Position numbers and translations under genes: made by a program. Shown here in pieces: positions 1-12,211 of a DNA stretch of 64,000 nt (its first letter is position 1; each line of letters opens with the position of its first letter). Below the pieces are notes generated by a model, which saw only the letters and a list, made by a program, of their open reading frames with translations, was not told the origin of the DNA and ran no database searches. Source of the DNA: Massalongia carnosa. Lineage: Eukaryota. The DNA is taken from contig OZ287068.1 of the NCBI GenBank assembly GCA_965645245.1, positions 1,984,001 to 2,048,000 of the forward strand, in the 5' to 3' direction.

Positions 1-2213
1 ACGCACGCGGAGCCAGCCAGCACGACGGCGATGCCCAGCTTGGAGGTGCGGCTGCTGAAGCCAAAGGCCCAGACGCGCAAAGTGGCGTAGTGATTGAGGA
101 AGGGATGCCTGTCATCTTGGCTCGTGGAGGCGGTGACGTTGTCGGCCCAGTAGTGAACCATGGATAGGGATTGGCTCATGGTGTAAATGTGTAGGAATAC
201 GAACTCCATCTGGTTGGCAGTCAAGTTGTTGTAGTCCCATGGGGTGGTGTAGAGGGTGGGGACGATCCGGGAGAGTTCGCGAGCCATGGGCCGTTGGGCG
301 GAGACCGTGCCGTTGCTTTCGACGGACCAAGCGGCCAGAAGCCAGTAGGGGTTTACGACCAGGGGTGCCACGTTGGCTTCGGGATCGGTGAGGTTGTTGA
401 GTTGCACAAGGCGGATTAAATTGGCGGCCGAAGAGGACGAGGTGTCGAACTGATAGGTGGGGAAACCAAGGTAGGATACTTGGTCGCACCAGACGCTCGC
501 GCTGGCGTGTAATGCAGCTGCCGTTTGATAGGCAGTTATGCCTATGTTGATGGACGAGTTTCTTAGAGCGGAAGGGAGCGTGGTGTCGAAGATCCGATCC
601 CAATCGCAGGCAGCCGTCGAAGTCTTGCCTATGCATTTCGCTATCCCCGAACCAAAGTCTTCCGTGTCGTTGAAAAACGTAGCCTTCTCCGAAAACAAAG
701 TGTACACGGAAACGTCGTTTTTCTTCGAGGTGGAACTCTGCAGAGTGAATGTGCCCATAAGGTTTGCGTCGGTCCATCCCACCGGTACGCATTTGGTATA
801 GTAGCTGATCGCATCGTTCGTCCATCCGGAAAAGCAAAGGACGTATCGATCGTTCGCGAGCTCTGTAAAGGTTATATTGCCGTTGTAGCAGTTGGTTTGC
901 AAACCAATGCTAGGTCCTTTCCGTTGCAGGATCGTTGTCAGCGAATTGTTGTATATCGCGGTTGTGTGGGTCGAACCATCCGGCGAACCATATACGTCCC
1001 TTGAAAGGCCCTGTAGATCGTAGGATAACAGACGCAAGACCTGTCGATTGGGCACCCATGCCACCTCGAATCCCGTGGTGAAGTTCAGGGTAAAATCGAA
1101 ATCCCCTTCCTGTGAGACACCAAAATTCCAGCGACCATAATCTTGGCTGCTTTGCATTCTGGACGAGAGGGTCCCATCGGCCCATGTATCCAGGCTCGAT
1201 CCATACAGGCCGTAAGTGCAGGAGTAGTTAAGGTGCCCCAACTGATCGACGGTACAATCGGGAAACGTGTACTTGTTGGCGCCGGGAAAATCCGCCGCGC
1301 CGGTTCGGTTAAAAATCTGTGTAATATTAGGAGCTGTATCGATCCACTGCAGCGTCGGTAGAACCAGCACGGCGGTAGCAGGACCCATTAGGTTGGTCAG
1401 AATGGTCAAAAACGCTGCGAGAAGGGCAAAAAGGTACAGCTTGACGAAACCCGCCGGCCGCTTTGCCGCCGTGCTGGTTTTGTGCGGGATAGCCGATGTC
1501 CACAGCAACGGATTGAAAAGATTTCGAACGTCGGAAAATTCCAGATGGGTGAGCAGGTACCCCACCGGAAGCCCGCCACCCTTCTTGGCAAATATCATTG
1601 CCACGTCGTACACAAAGGCCGTTGCAATGATCATGAACCATATCTCCAACGCTTTGGCGACGAACTGGAGCGCGCCGAGCGCGTTGTGGTCGTCTCGGTC
1701 CAGCTTGCTTTTCCTTGCAATGGAGTCGGTAGCGAATGCATCAGACGAGCATTTCCCCATGGGACACCACACACTAGCACCGATCACGTGTCCTTTGTAA
1801 TTCAACACCAACAGCGCGGCAATGGGTGCAAGCCAGAGGAAACCGATCAGATGGGAGAATATGTGCCATGTCAATCGCTTGCGCCGGCTTCTGGGGCGCG
1901 GGCCGTCCAGGTGAGTTTCAGTGACCCCAGGCTTCTCCTCGGATGAAGAGAGCGCCTGCATTACGTGGACGGACGGTCGTATATTCTCTTTCCTAGGATC
2001 CGTCTGGTAGGCCGCCTGAGAACCTTGGGGCGGCGATTGCTGATAGCCAAGATTTGGTGTGGACTGATAGGGTTGACCTGATGTTTGGAATGATGGGTTT
2101 GGCGATTGATATGCCTGACCTGGTGTTTGGTACGACGGGTTGGGCGACTGATATGCCTGGCTTGGCATTTGCGTGTACGCCGGGTTCGGCACCGACTGAT
2201 ACACAGGATTCAT
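1..2213 (-). CDS. Uncharacterised multi-pass fungal membrane protein, 3' end runs off the window
   Basis: Not in the ORF track, consistent with no stop inside the window. Minus-strand frame from ATG at 2213 reads MNPVYQSVPNPAY...LTWHIFSHLIGFLWLAPIAALLVLNY...LGALQFVAKALEIWFMIIATAFVYD...GPATAVLVLPTLQW...LRVWAFGFSSRTSKLGIAVVLAG, with several hydrophobic helices. An upstream exon is possible. Confidence 0.8.
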   Translation of the reverse strand, partial: MNPVYQSVPNPAYTQMPSQAYQSPNPSYQTPGQAYQSPNPSFQTSGQPYQSTPNLGYQQSPPQGSQAAYQTDPRKENIRPSVHVMQALSSSEEKPGVTETHLDGPRPRSRRKRLTWHIFSHLIGFLWLAPIAALLVLNYKGHVIGASVWCPMGKCSSDAFATDSIARKSKLDRDDHNALGALQFVAKALEIWFMIIATAFVYDVAMIFAKKGGGLPVGYLLTHLEFSDVRNLFNPLLWTSAIPHKTSTAAKRPAGFVKLYLFALLAAFLTILTNLMGPATAVLVLPTLQWIDTAPNITQIFNRTGAADFPGANKYTFPDCTVDQLGHLNYSCTYGLYGSSLDTWADGTLSSRMQSSQDYGRWNFGVSQEGDFDFTLNFTTGFEVAWVPNRQVLRLLSYDLQGLSRDVYGSPDGSTHTTAIYNNSLTTILQRKGPSIGLQTNCYNGNITFTELANDRYVLCFSGWTNDAISYYTKCVPVGWTDANLMGTFTLQSSTSKKNDVSVYTLFSEKATFFNDTEDFGSGIAKCIGKTSTAACDWDRIFDTTLPSALRNSSINIGITAYQTAAALHASASVWCDQVSYLGFPTYQFDTSSSSAANLIRLVQLNNLTDPEANVAPLVVNPYWLLAAWSVESNGTVSAQRPMARELSRIVPTLYTTPWDYNNLTANQMEFVFLHIYTMSQSLSMVHYWADNVTASTSQDDRHPFLNHYATLRVWAFGFSSRTSKLGIAVVLAGSAC

Positions 2214-4102
2214 GCTGCCGGGATCCAAGGCTGAATAAGTTATATAAGAGACCCTTGGGCCTAGTATCTCAAGCTTGAAAGACCCCCAGAGATAGAGTCC
2301 TTCGCTCGCGTCGGGGGGTTAACCGGGAAGGGATCGCAACTGAAGTTGAAGCAAAGAACGAGAGTGAACGATGAAGGAAAGAGGGGAAGATGGGGGGGGG
2401 GGGATTCTGGGGTGAAGAAGGAAGAAAAGGGCCAAAAGAGCCGCGGGCCAAGAGGGCGAGGACGTAGTGCGGTACTTTCCCAATTCGACATCATAGCTGA
2501 TGAAACGAGGGGCATTTGGGGACCAACTCTCAGCCTGATTGATGCATGTGGAAAAGTCGACGAAGCTAAGGGGACATTTGGGAGAGAGGGTCGATCCAAA
2601 ACGCAAAGACGAGATGATTGGTGGGGGGGAAGGTCGCGACACTGAGCGCCAAGAAGCCAAGAAGCCAAGCAGCCAAAGAATGCTCCTTTCAAGCGATATA
2701 TTTATCAATCCAGGCTCGATTCGGGAGGAGACTGATAGAGACGCGCAACGTGTATGGTCAAGGGGGGAAGGGTGGGGAACGAGAATCACTGATCCGTAAT
2801 CAGTAACAGAGTATAGAGTACCACGGGGACTAGGGTTCGTTCTTGATCGCACAAAGTACTCGGTACTTCGTACAAAGTACGATAGGGTGTGACCCGAGCA
2901 AGTGGGGGGAAGTCTAATCCCGAAGAAGTTATTGATCCTTCGGCCCCACACCACCGCCCCCAATTGCCAGATTTAGTAAAAAACTGCCTCTGCGGACTGC
3001 AAGCCATTATCCTAAAGATCGACTTTGAAAACGTGGTGTACTCTACGCGAAGGAGCAAGGCAGGAGCAAGGCAGGAGCAAGGCAGGTTGCTAAGTCTACA
3101 GAGCACAGAATATCGTGCTGTCAACACTGGGTACCAGATGACGGACAAAGCTCCGTTGTCCCAGGAGAGTGCTTGACAAACCCTGACACTCGTGGCTTTC
3201 TGCGGCGTCAGTGCAAGGATTAATGAATAGCGGGGATGGCGGGAGAAGGGAAGAAGTGTGACTGGAGTACGGAGTAACTAGTTAAGCAGACTGACGGTGC
3301 AAGAAAAGTCCATCCGACGACACCAGTATACCGATGATCAACGAACGACCGTTTAAGTCGATGAACTACAGGGCCGAAGAGAAGGAATTTCGTAGCAAAA
3401 GCACGATACCTCGGTGCTTCATGGAGTTCTCTGTGCATAGCAGAATTCGATCATTCCCGGCGAAAGCAGACGCTAAAGTCATCCGTGCCTCCTGGAATCC
3501 CGAGTGCCTGGCAGCCTGTCTGGCAGATCGTGCCCAACCAATGAGCACGGACTTCGGCTCGGCCTTTCCGATCTATCCCCATTAGCGTCTTGTCGATGGT
3601 TAAAATTAGTAAACCCAGGGGTGAAGATGTACAGTACGATGTAGGTGTCAGTGTCAGGAGTCATACTTACTTATGTAGGTCCCCTTGTACAGAGTACCCT
3701 GTACAGAGTACTCTGTACTTCGTACTATGGTATCCAGCGAGTTTTTTTGCTAGCGCGCTACATACAGGGGTGGTGAGAACAGAACACAACGTTTTTAGTC
3801 AATTTTACATGTACCCACCAATTAAAAATATGCTATGTTTCTAAGAATGGATTCTTCTGCATAAAATCTTAGCGCGTTTTTTATCAGTGCTCGTACCGCG
3901 CTAACAAAGGGACCACAGTATGTGGAGCCCGGAAGCAGCCAACCAGCAACCAGTATTCGGTATTACTGCTACCGAGGTACAGAGTACCAAACATTGCATG
4001 ATGTGCTCTATCTAAGAATCGATCGCTTCGGACCTTTGTACTCCGTTTGAAGCAGTTGTTGCAGGTACCTCCACCCCAAAGCTAGTGAACCTCGTGGTCC
4101 CT

Positions 4103-4932
4103 TCATCGAACCAAACACCCTCGGAATTCCCCTCTCCCTGTGCCTGCCAATCCCTCCCACTGAACCAGTACTCTATCAACCGCCCCAGTTGCTACAAGAA
4201 TTCTTCCACTCAAACTCAAGCCTTTCACACGCGCCCAGGACTCGATGTATATGCTGCGCATTTTTCCAGATGTGCCGCGCACAGCCATGAAACGGAGAAA
4301 GAGAGCAGCAAGAAGAACAATAACGGACGTCGCGGGGCCATTGAGAAGGATGAGATCGGGGTAGCCGGGGGGTGAAGGAGATGATGCTGATTCGGGAGCA
4401 GGATGGAGCGAGAACATACAGGCGACGAAGCATTGAAAAGAGGAAAATGGCGCTGTAAGCAGAGATTGGTGGATTTTGCGTGCGCGAGGGACAAAGTGAA
4501 GAGAGTAAGGGGGGGAAGGTGTCGTGGACCGGGCTTGAGCCTGGTTCGAGGTGATGGCACTGGTTTTCCAAGCTGAGGAGCTCACGAAACTTTTCTCAAA
4601 CTCAACGGCTCTACTGGCGCTAAAGTCATCACCCGAACTGATGATATAGGTGCGGTGAGTATAAGCATTTGGGTCCAGGTCGGCGAGGAGGGAAAGCATT
4701 TCAGCGGTATGGCCGCCGCTGCCCAGAATGACCAGGAGATGAGTCGGGGTGCCCCGTTTGCGAGGGAGAGGGCGTCGTGGGTTGGTGGAAGGGAGGATGT
4801 AGAGAAGGCGGAACTGATCAGGAACTTACTATCAGAAAGGGCGTTTCGAGGCGACGAAGAGAGGATACGTACGAAAAGAAGAGTACCGAGAACTAATGCC
4901 GCTGAAAGCGCGTAGAACTCAGTGGTCGTCAT
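4103..4932 (-). CDS. ALG14: UDP-N-acetylglucosamine transferase subunit ALG14 (2 exons, intron ~4814-4872)
   Basis: Splicing GTACGT...CTGATCAG gives FRLLYILP...HLLVILGSGGHTAEM. Alg14 motifs follow: RTYIISSGD, VPRARKIHQS, PDLILLNGPAT, IYIESWARVKGLSLSG, VLVQW. Confidence 0.95.
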
Positions 4933-5423
4933 GATGCAAGCCCACATTACAGGATTGCTGATGCCGCTACCTATTGCGAATAGCACATGGCGGAGCACCT
5001 GGCTATTGAGACTGTTCGGAAGCTTTGAGTTGAAAAAGACTCGGGAGACATGACGACAGGATTAGAAAATCAAACTCGCAGGAAGAAAAAGCAGTAACAA
5101 AGACCCAAGAGCAACGAACGTGGTGTCGATTGAATAACACGTATTTCTGTTTTGATACAAATGTGTTGTTGACTCTACGTTCACAATTAATTATCTCCAA
5201 CCTCCAAAAAATGGCTGACGCTCCAAACCTTTAACATCACTCAACTCAAGCTGTCTCATCCTCTATGCTGGCTCTAAAGTGGATGTCAATACGAAGTGGT
5301 AAGAAAGTTGTAAAATTTCGTTCTTAGGATAGTGACGGAAGCAAATAGGCGAAATCCTAGCCATATGTACATCCTCCAAGCCGTTCGGTCTTCTCGCCCA
5401 ATGTGAAAACAACTAATGACGCG

Positions 5424-7741
5424 ATGCCTCATCTTTTCCACCAGAAATTATTGTGTTTCTACTGTGGCTCCCGGTCGGTGCAGGCTCGCTCGCCACAGCT
5501 CCGGAAATGGAAATGTGAGAAATGCGAGGCTGTCAACTATTTGGATGAGGTAGCTTGATCGTCATCTTCCCTGTAAACCCCCCGACTTACCGCTTATCAG
5601 AACGGAGAAATCACCGATCCCCCACCTCTCGATACATTCTCTGAAGCTCGGTTTGCTCAGTCCATCCCACGTGCAGTTTCACCGGTGTTCGCGTCTACGG
5701 AAGAGACCCTCTTCTGTCCGACATGTATACAGAATCAAAAGTTCATGACTGAGGCTCTGGCCTCCTACTTTCCTTCTCCCACGGCTTCAGACTACTCAGA
5801 GTATGAGGAAAAGTACCCTGAGTTCCGGAAGAACCTCGAAGCCCGATACCCCCAAGTATGTCGCACGTGCGAACCTCGTGTCAGAGAGCGAATACGGGCT
5901 TCAGGATATGCTGCGAAGACTGATCATTTACGGCGGATGATGGAGCGGTCAAGAGATGGTGGGAGATACCATAGGATTCAGAGCTGGAAAAGCTTTGCTG
6001 CGGTCGTGGGAGCAATCGGATGGGGTGTCAGTGTAATGGGGCAGTTGCTCTGGGATGTTCAGGGCGCTGTGGTAGCCAGCTCAGAGGATACGCTTGGCGG
6101 AGAAGAGTTCTCATCGATATCAAACTGTGTATGGGACAGCTGGAGTACTCTGGAAGTCACTTCAGAATGCGCAGAGGGTTACGACTCTGCTGCTGGTCTT
6201 GCGCTGGGCCTAAGCGTTCTTTTCATCTGGTGGAACCCAAAATTATACGAGAAAAGTAGAAAAGCGAGTGTACGAATAGTTGGTCTGTCTGAATACTACC
6301 AGCTGCAGGCGATGCTGTTGATCTTTCGATTTGCGTCATGGTCTGTATTTGTGAGATTGCCCAGCTATGAGTTCAGCCCTCAGATGGTGAAGGCTGTGCA
6401 TGCCTCTATGATCGTGTTTACTATAGCGGTATGTATCCTCTTACCCATAAGACGTGTTGAAAGTTAATCATCAAACAGTCTACCTTAATATCTTTTTCTA
6501 CCGTTCGAGTGGACTCCACTCCACAAGTCTTGTTCCAGGAAAGCCCAGCGCCCTTGGTGGAGAAAGGCAAACCTATCGCATCCGAATTCCACCCTATTAG
6601 GCAACTTAACATCAACAAAGATCGATCAGCTACGCTTTTACAACCATTCTCTATCAATAACTTTGCTCCGACCCCTCCGAGGCTTCATCAGCCCCAGTAC
6701 AACCCCCCTACACCACCTATGGACGAAGACGAAGACGAGGCCATGGACTGGACACCGTCGCAGCAAGCCCTACCAAGCGCATCAACATACCGCCAACTGC
6801 CTTCGACCCGCATTCAACCATCTCCGTTCTACGGTCATCTTCCCCCCGCTCCCAAGAGCCAAGCGCATTTACTCCGTAACCCCTCAGCTCAGCCAACGCG
6901 CAAAACACCGTCTGCGCCAGTCCCGAATCCTTTCCAACGGCCTCGTAAACAGCCAGATCTGGACGAGCTCTCCGAGATAGGCAGCGACACCGCCGAAACT
7001 CCTTGTACCAAAATCAACCGATCTGGGGTCCCCGTTCAATTCGCGTCGCCGCGGCTTCTCCCCCGGCCCGATAGCCAGAAAGACACAGGGCTGGAATCCA
7101 TCTTTTCCACAACCTTTTCAATCGCCGAAGAACCCCATGAACTGCGAATCGCCCGTCAAGAACAGCCAGCTCACATTTCCATCCCTAGACCCGCATATTT
7201 CCGATTCCTTACCGTCATCGTCAGCATCCTCTTTACCGCAGCATGGTTATACGCCCCCTACATTCCAAGCTGGGCCAAATCATTTCGTCTAGGAAGTCTT
7301 ACTGCGGCAATTGCAGTCGCTGGACGCGGTCTCCTCGATACAATCAGCAAAAATGAGCAGTTCTGGCGATGGAGCGAAATCCTCGTCTACACTTCAGAGC
7401 TCGGCTTTGTAACTTTGCTCGCCAGCGCCGTCAAATATCCCTCCATAGGCGCCGATGCGGGTGATTTGAGGGCCATAGGCTTTGGATTGCTGGCCGCGAT
7501 GGCATGCCAGGAATGCTGGCTTCTCTACCGGGAACTTGGCGACGAGCGCAAGCAGAACCTTTTTGCCCCGACCCCTTCTCCTCGCCCTCCCGCTAATCCA
7601 TTAGCCTTGAACAATAGCCTCGTGAAAACCTCGTCCGCGGTGCAACCTTGGACCACGTCCGTCTCGGAACGGGTCACGCGGTCGAGGTCCAAAGCAGGGA
7701 ATTCCGCCGGCGAGCTGCGGGGGCTTTCGCTGGGTCGGTAA
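5424..7741 (+). CDS. IMA1: Inner nuclear membrane protein Ima1 (3 exons)
   Basis: MPHLFHQKLLCFYCG...WKCEKCEAVNYLDE|NGEITDPP, then FCPTCIQNQ and RYPQVCRTCEPRV (Ima1_N cysteine pairs). Transmembrane segments and an AMDWTP motif follow. GT-AG introns near 5550-5600 and 6429-6477. Confidence 0.9.
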
Positions 7742-8462
7742 CGTGCGTAGGAGGGCGGGTGTGAGCATGGGTGCATAGTTCTGCGGCTGCGGTTAGCGAT
7801 TTTGTTTTTCGGAAAGCGGACTGACGCCTTTTTTTTTGGCAGGGGAATTTTTGGGGTTTGAGGAGACGATTGCCGAATGAAGGGAATGGAATTTACTGTC
7901 CGTGGGATTGGCCGGTCTCGGGAGGGTTGTTTCTTCTTATTTTATTATTGAATTCTCACATATCTACTTTCAACAGGATTAGAGTATCGATTCAATTTTC
8001 ACCGAGGGCGGTTTTTTTTCTTTCATTTTTTGTAAAGAATCATTTTCTATAAAGAAAAATAACTTAGAGCCTATCCACGCATATCTCTATCCATCCACAT
8101 AACCCCCCCTATCTACTCACTCACTCACTCACCCATCCACATCCCGATTTGCAAATAACCAACCACCCAAACCACCCGAACGAACGGAAACATCCCCCCC
8201 CCCCCCAATAGGGCATGTTCTCATTTTGGGGACGGGTAGGTAGCGGATAGGGGTAAATTATGTGGGGTTCGAATGGACTGGGTTGAAGTTGACAAGAGCA
8301 GGTAAATACTACTTAGCAACATCGTAAAATGAACAGCTTAGTTTGTTAAAATCCGTAAGTCAACCAACCAGCCCAACCATAACCATTTCGTGAATCGATC
8401 GATCGATCAATCGATTTCGAAAGCAGCCCCTTCCTTGAAAAAAGAAAACAGGAATTTATAGA

Positions 8463-8548
8463 CACATACATACATACATACATACATACATACATACCTA
8501 CGTGTAGGTAGGTAGGTAGGTAGGTAGGTAGGTAGGTAGGTAGGTAGG
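8463..8548. repeat. Compound microsatellite (CATA)n followed by (GTAG)n
   Basis: Read directly: catacatacata...cctacgtgtaggtaggtagg... Confidence 0.95.
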
Positions 8549-9401
8549 CAGTCATGTGGAGGAATTCAAAGAAAATATGCATAATTCTCCATTCATTCAT
8601 CCATCAATTTTTTTGTTCTTCTCTTCGTTGCTTTTCCTTTCCCTCTCCCCCTCCTGTCAACTCGTCTTGTGTTTGTTTATCTGTGTCAATCATTCTTTCT
8701 CTCTTTTTCTTTCTAACTCAGCCTGATCAACGAAAACGTGAATACATGAACCCCACAATAATTAAAATTTTTTTTAGATAAATACAAAAAACGAACGGAG
8801 AACGCGTGTCTCTCTCCCTCTCTCTCGCGATTGATAATGGATAAGGTATTGCATAAACGGAAGATTGATAAAATAAAAGACATGATCGGGTGAAGAAAGG
8901 GGGATGGGAGGATATGGAATGTAGTAGTAGATTGGGGAAGAAGGAGAAGAGAGAAAAGAAAGAAAAAAAAGAAAGAGAATTTTAAGAAAATCTTGCTGAG
9001 CATGCATGTGAATATTTAAATAATGAAATCAAACGCTTTTTGGATTTTTTTTTATAAAAACTGAATCTCAATATCATTTTTATTCCCTTTCTTTTCTGGA
9101 TGAGAAAAAACAGTAAATGAACGCCATCGACTGATCCTGTTTTGGTAATGCATCCGAATTTTAAAAAATGCAAGCTAGTAGTAGTTCTTTACTGAATAAA
9201 TCCGGTGGGAAGAATTTCTGCGTATAACATACAGGTCTCAACTTGGGTTTGCGTAAATCATGCCATTATATAAGCAATAGAGCATAAATTCATACCCTTC
9301 ACCCCTGTCCTCCTTCCCCAACACCATCCCCACCGCCTCGTAAACAGTTCCCCCCCATTAAATCATGGTTGATGAATAGCATGCTTCTTCCTCCACCCTC
9401 T

Positions 9402-10292
9402 TCATCTCACCAACTTCGCCCCCAAAATCAATTCCCCTAGCGCGCTCCGATTGGTATGCAGGCGCTCAGGATTCAGCGCTGGCGTGGGACTCGGCGCCGG
9501 CTCCGAAGGAGGCTTCGACGGAGGATCGAATCTCAGCAAAGGTCGGAAAAGACTCATCGAGGTCCTCGCGACCTTCACCGCTCGCAATGGACTCTTGACA
9601 GGGATGGAGGGCAGTCGGCGGTGACGGGCAATGGGTGGCGGAGCTGCATCGTCGGGGGACGGGCTGCGCCTGAGAGCTTCACACGGTGCCGGCGGGGCGG
9701 ATGACTGAAGTCGGAAGATGGTCGGGGTGATGGACGGGTTCTCCCATGGCGTCACGGAACAGTCGGCGGCATACGGGAAGGGGCGATGAGCGGCATCCAA
9801 GTCCACGACGCTCTCGGCCGGTAGATGCTCTCCACTTGACGCGACCGAAGCCGATCCGGATAATGTGGGATCGGTGAAAAAGGAAATGGTGGGCGAGCAG
9901 TCGTCATCCTGGAGTGCGGCATCAAAGTCAAAGATCGACGAGAGGGGCGACGGATAGTTACTCGAAAGATCCGTCCAGCATGGCGATGTCGACCGGGGGT
10001 GAGGTGTAGGGATGGATTGACGCTCCGGGGCGTAAATCTCGGTCACCACGGAGGCTGTTGACCGATGGGGCGAGGGGAAGTACTTGTCTGAAGTTCTTGC
10101 GGGCGCTTGAGGCGTGCTGGAGCGAGACGTACGGACGGGTGAAGAACCGGAATCGGCTCTGCATGCGTTTGATGCCTTGGAGTGAGAGAGCAAGGGAACC
10201 ACGAACGTGGACGAGGGAGTATTCGGGAAGTTGATCAAGCCGCGGGACTCGTAGTGTGAAAGAACCAAGGCATGGGAATACTTATTTGCCAT
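9402..10292 (-). CDS. Hypothetical Ser/Pro-rich, probably disordered protein (~296 aa)
   Basis: Long GC-rich open frame from ATG 10292 (MANKYSHALVLSHYESRG...) to stop 9402. No recognisable domain. Confidence 0.6.
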   Translation of the reverse strand: MANKYSHALVLSHYESRGLINFPNTPSSTFVVPLLSHSKASNACRADSGSSPVRTSRSSTPQAPARTSDKYFPSPHRSTASVVTEIYAPERQSIPTPHPRSTSPCWTDLSSNYPSPLSSIFDFDAALQDDDCSPTISFFTDPTLSGSASVASSGEHLPAESVVDLDAAHRPFPYAADCSVTPWENPSITPTIFRLQSSAPPAPCEALRRSPSPDDAAPPPIARHRRLPSIPVKSPLRAVKVARTSMSLFRPLLRFDPPSKPPSEPAPSPTPALNPERLHTNRSALGELILGAKLVR

Positions 10293-10696
10293 GCTGACGA
10301 ACACGCGGATCGAAAGGAAAGAGAATGTGAAAAGAAAGGAAGAACGCTGAGGTTTGGCATTCGGGGAGGGATTACATAACTCACGGCGTGACACCGAACG
10401 AGCTTGAAGTGATACAGAGCCTCAATTCCGCTTTTGCGAAACTTCTTATGCGAAACTTCTTTTGTGAAACTTCCCTTCGAGATATGTATCCCTCGGTCAG
10501 TGCAGCTATAGCAGGCAAACAGACGCGAAAGGGACTAGGAAACGGATGAAACGACGGTTGGAGGCAGCTTGTCATGTCTGACAAAGGAAGTCGCCAGGCG
10601 GGAATGACCTTTTTGGACTTGCTTTAACTATCTACTCTGTAGTGTATGTGCCACTCCACCTGAGCGTTTCTCGTCGCCAGCTACGCGTAGAGTAAG

Positions 10697-10750
10697 TAAC
10701 GTCACTAACGTCACTAACGTCACCAACGTCACCAACGTCACTAATGTCAT
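10697..10750. repeat. 9-bp tandem repeat (YAACGTCAC) x5-6
   Basis: taacgtcac taacgtcac taacgtcac caacgtcac caacgtcac taatgtcat. Confidence 0.9.
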
Positions 10751-10829
10751 TGGGAACTGCACTTTCAACGTCTAGGTCCTGAGCGATGAATTAGGATGGA
10801 AGTTCTTCATCACACAAGGTGAATGTGAA

Positions 10830-10873
10830 GATGGATGAAGATGGATGAAGCTGGATGAAGCTGGATGAAGATG
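10830..10873. repeat. 10-bp tandem repeat (GATGGATGAA/GCTGGATGAA) x4
   Basis: Read directly from the sequence. Confidence 0.85.
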
Positions 10874-12211
10874 GGATGATTGGTTTTCATGATTGAGGTT
10901 GAAGGATCAGTTAAAGGTTAACGGGAATAAGTTAGTGACCGTCACTTTGCGTCATCTTCCATCCTCACCCTATGTCAAAGGCAAGAACGGTAATTGGGAG
11001 CTGGGCTGTGTATCTTTTCTTTCCGAACTAATTGTGCTCTCAACCCCCTCGTATCCTATCCATAAATACTTTATGGAACGATATGTAAGAAATGAAAAGA
11101 AAGAAAGAATAGAGAGAAGAAGAAAAAAAATTGCCGACGCTTAGCGTACATATAGAGCATGAAGCTTTCTCCTCAACTCTCACCCCACGTGACTAATTCT
11201 CCGCGCTCTGCTTATCGAGGACACAAGCTAGTGGTACAACGTAGGAATGGTGTCTGGTCGTACTATATACACCAGCCACCATATACCATACACCCACCGA
11301 AGGATGCACAAGAGTACGAATTCATGGGTAGGAACGCGTAATTGTACCCGTGATGGAGAGTCATCGACGATGATTACTTATTCTCTCTCTTCCTTGGATC
11401 ATCTTTCCCCTAAGTCCATCACCTTGCTTGTATTTCTGGTCGAGTCATGAGAGCATAAAAGCAGCATGACGCTTCAAGCGGGAGGAGCATAGACAAAAAC
11501 GTGAAACAGACGTGTGTGTGTGTGTGCGTTCGCGCGCGGCGGAGCCAAGGGAGTAACGAGGGACATACTTCACAAGCCTCCAATAGACGCCATCAAAGGC
11601 TTCGCCTCCAGAGGGCGATGCATGTTGGATGATCGGTTTGAAAACGCTTTCGAGGAATAACAACGATACAGGATGAGGAAGAGTCGCCCTGCTTGTTTCA
11701 CACAACGCTAGAGCAGGAGCATCACATCCATCCATCAAATCACACCCCCCCCCCATCGCCAGGATCTGGGACTAGAGACTCCGCCCCGTGGAAAACTGTC
11801 ATCGACCTAATCCTATTTCCATGCAGACCGCCAATCCTGCTTCCAAAAACACTTTCAACTTTCTCATCCTTGATCCCTCATGGGCGAGTCGGAGGAAGTC
11901 TTGAGCCCCATGAATTTCTCGGTTCGTCACAGCCTAGCCGTCACGCCAATCGTTCGATAGTCTTTCCCAATCCTTCCACCTCCCGGCTTTTCAGAGCCCA
12001 GAATCCCCTTGGTACATGGTTGGTGTATGCGCGAGCTTATGATGTTTCATTCCATTTGGGTGCTAGCCAAATTTATTTCCTCTAACAAGGGACCGTTCCC
12101 CCATAATTCTTCCCATTGTATCTCGGAGCATGGGGTGGTTGAAGGGAAACCTCACGGCAACATAGGAAAGCCGGTTGGAACGTGATAGTCTGCCACTCAG
12201 GCCAAAACGTC

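Noticed and set aside
112..1946. Several overlapping ORF-track ORFs
   Set aside because: They are shadow frames of the real minus-strand gene starting at 2213.
8346..9173. Short ORFs such as YLPTYLPT and FFFF runs (likewise 14088-14758)
   Set aside because: Translations of microsatellites and homopolymers.
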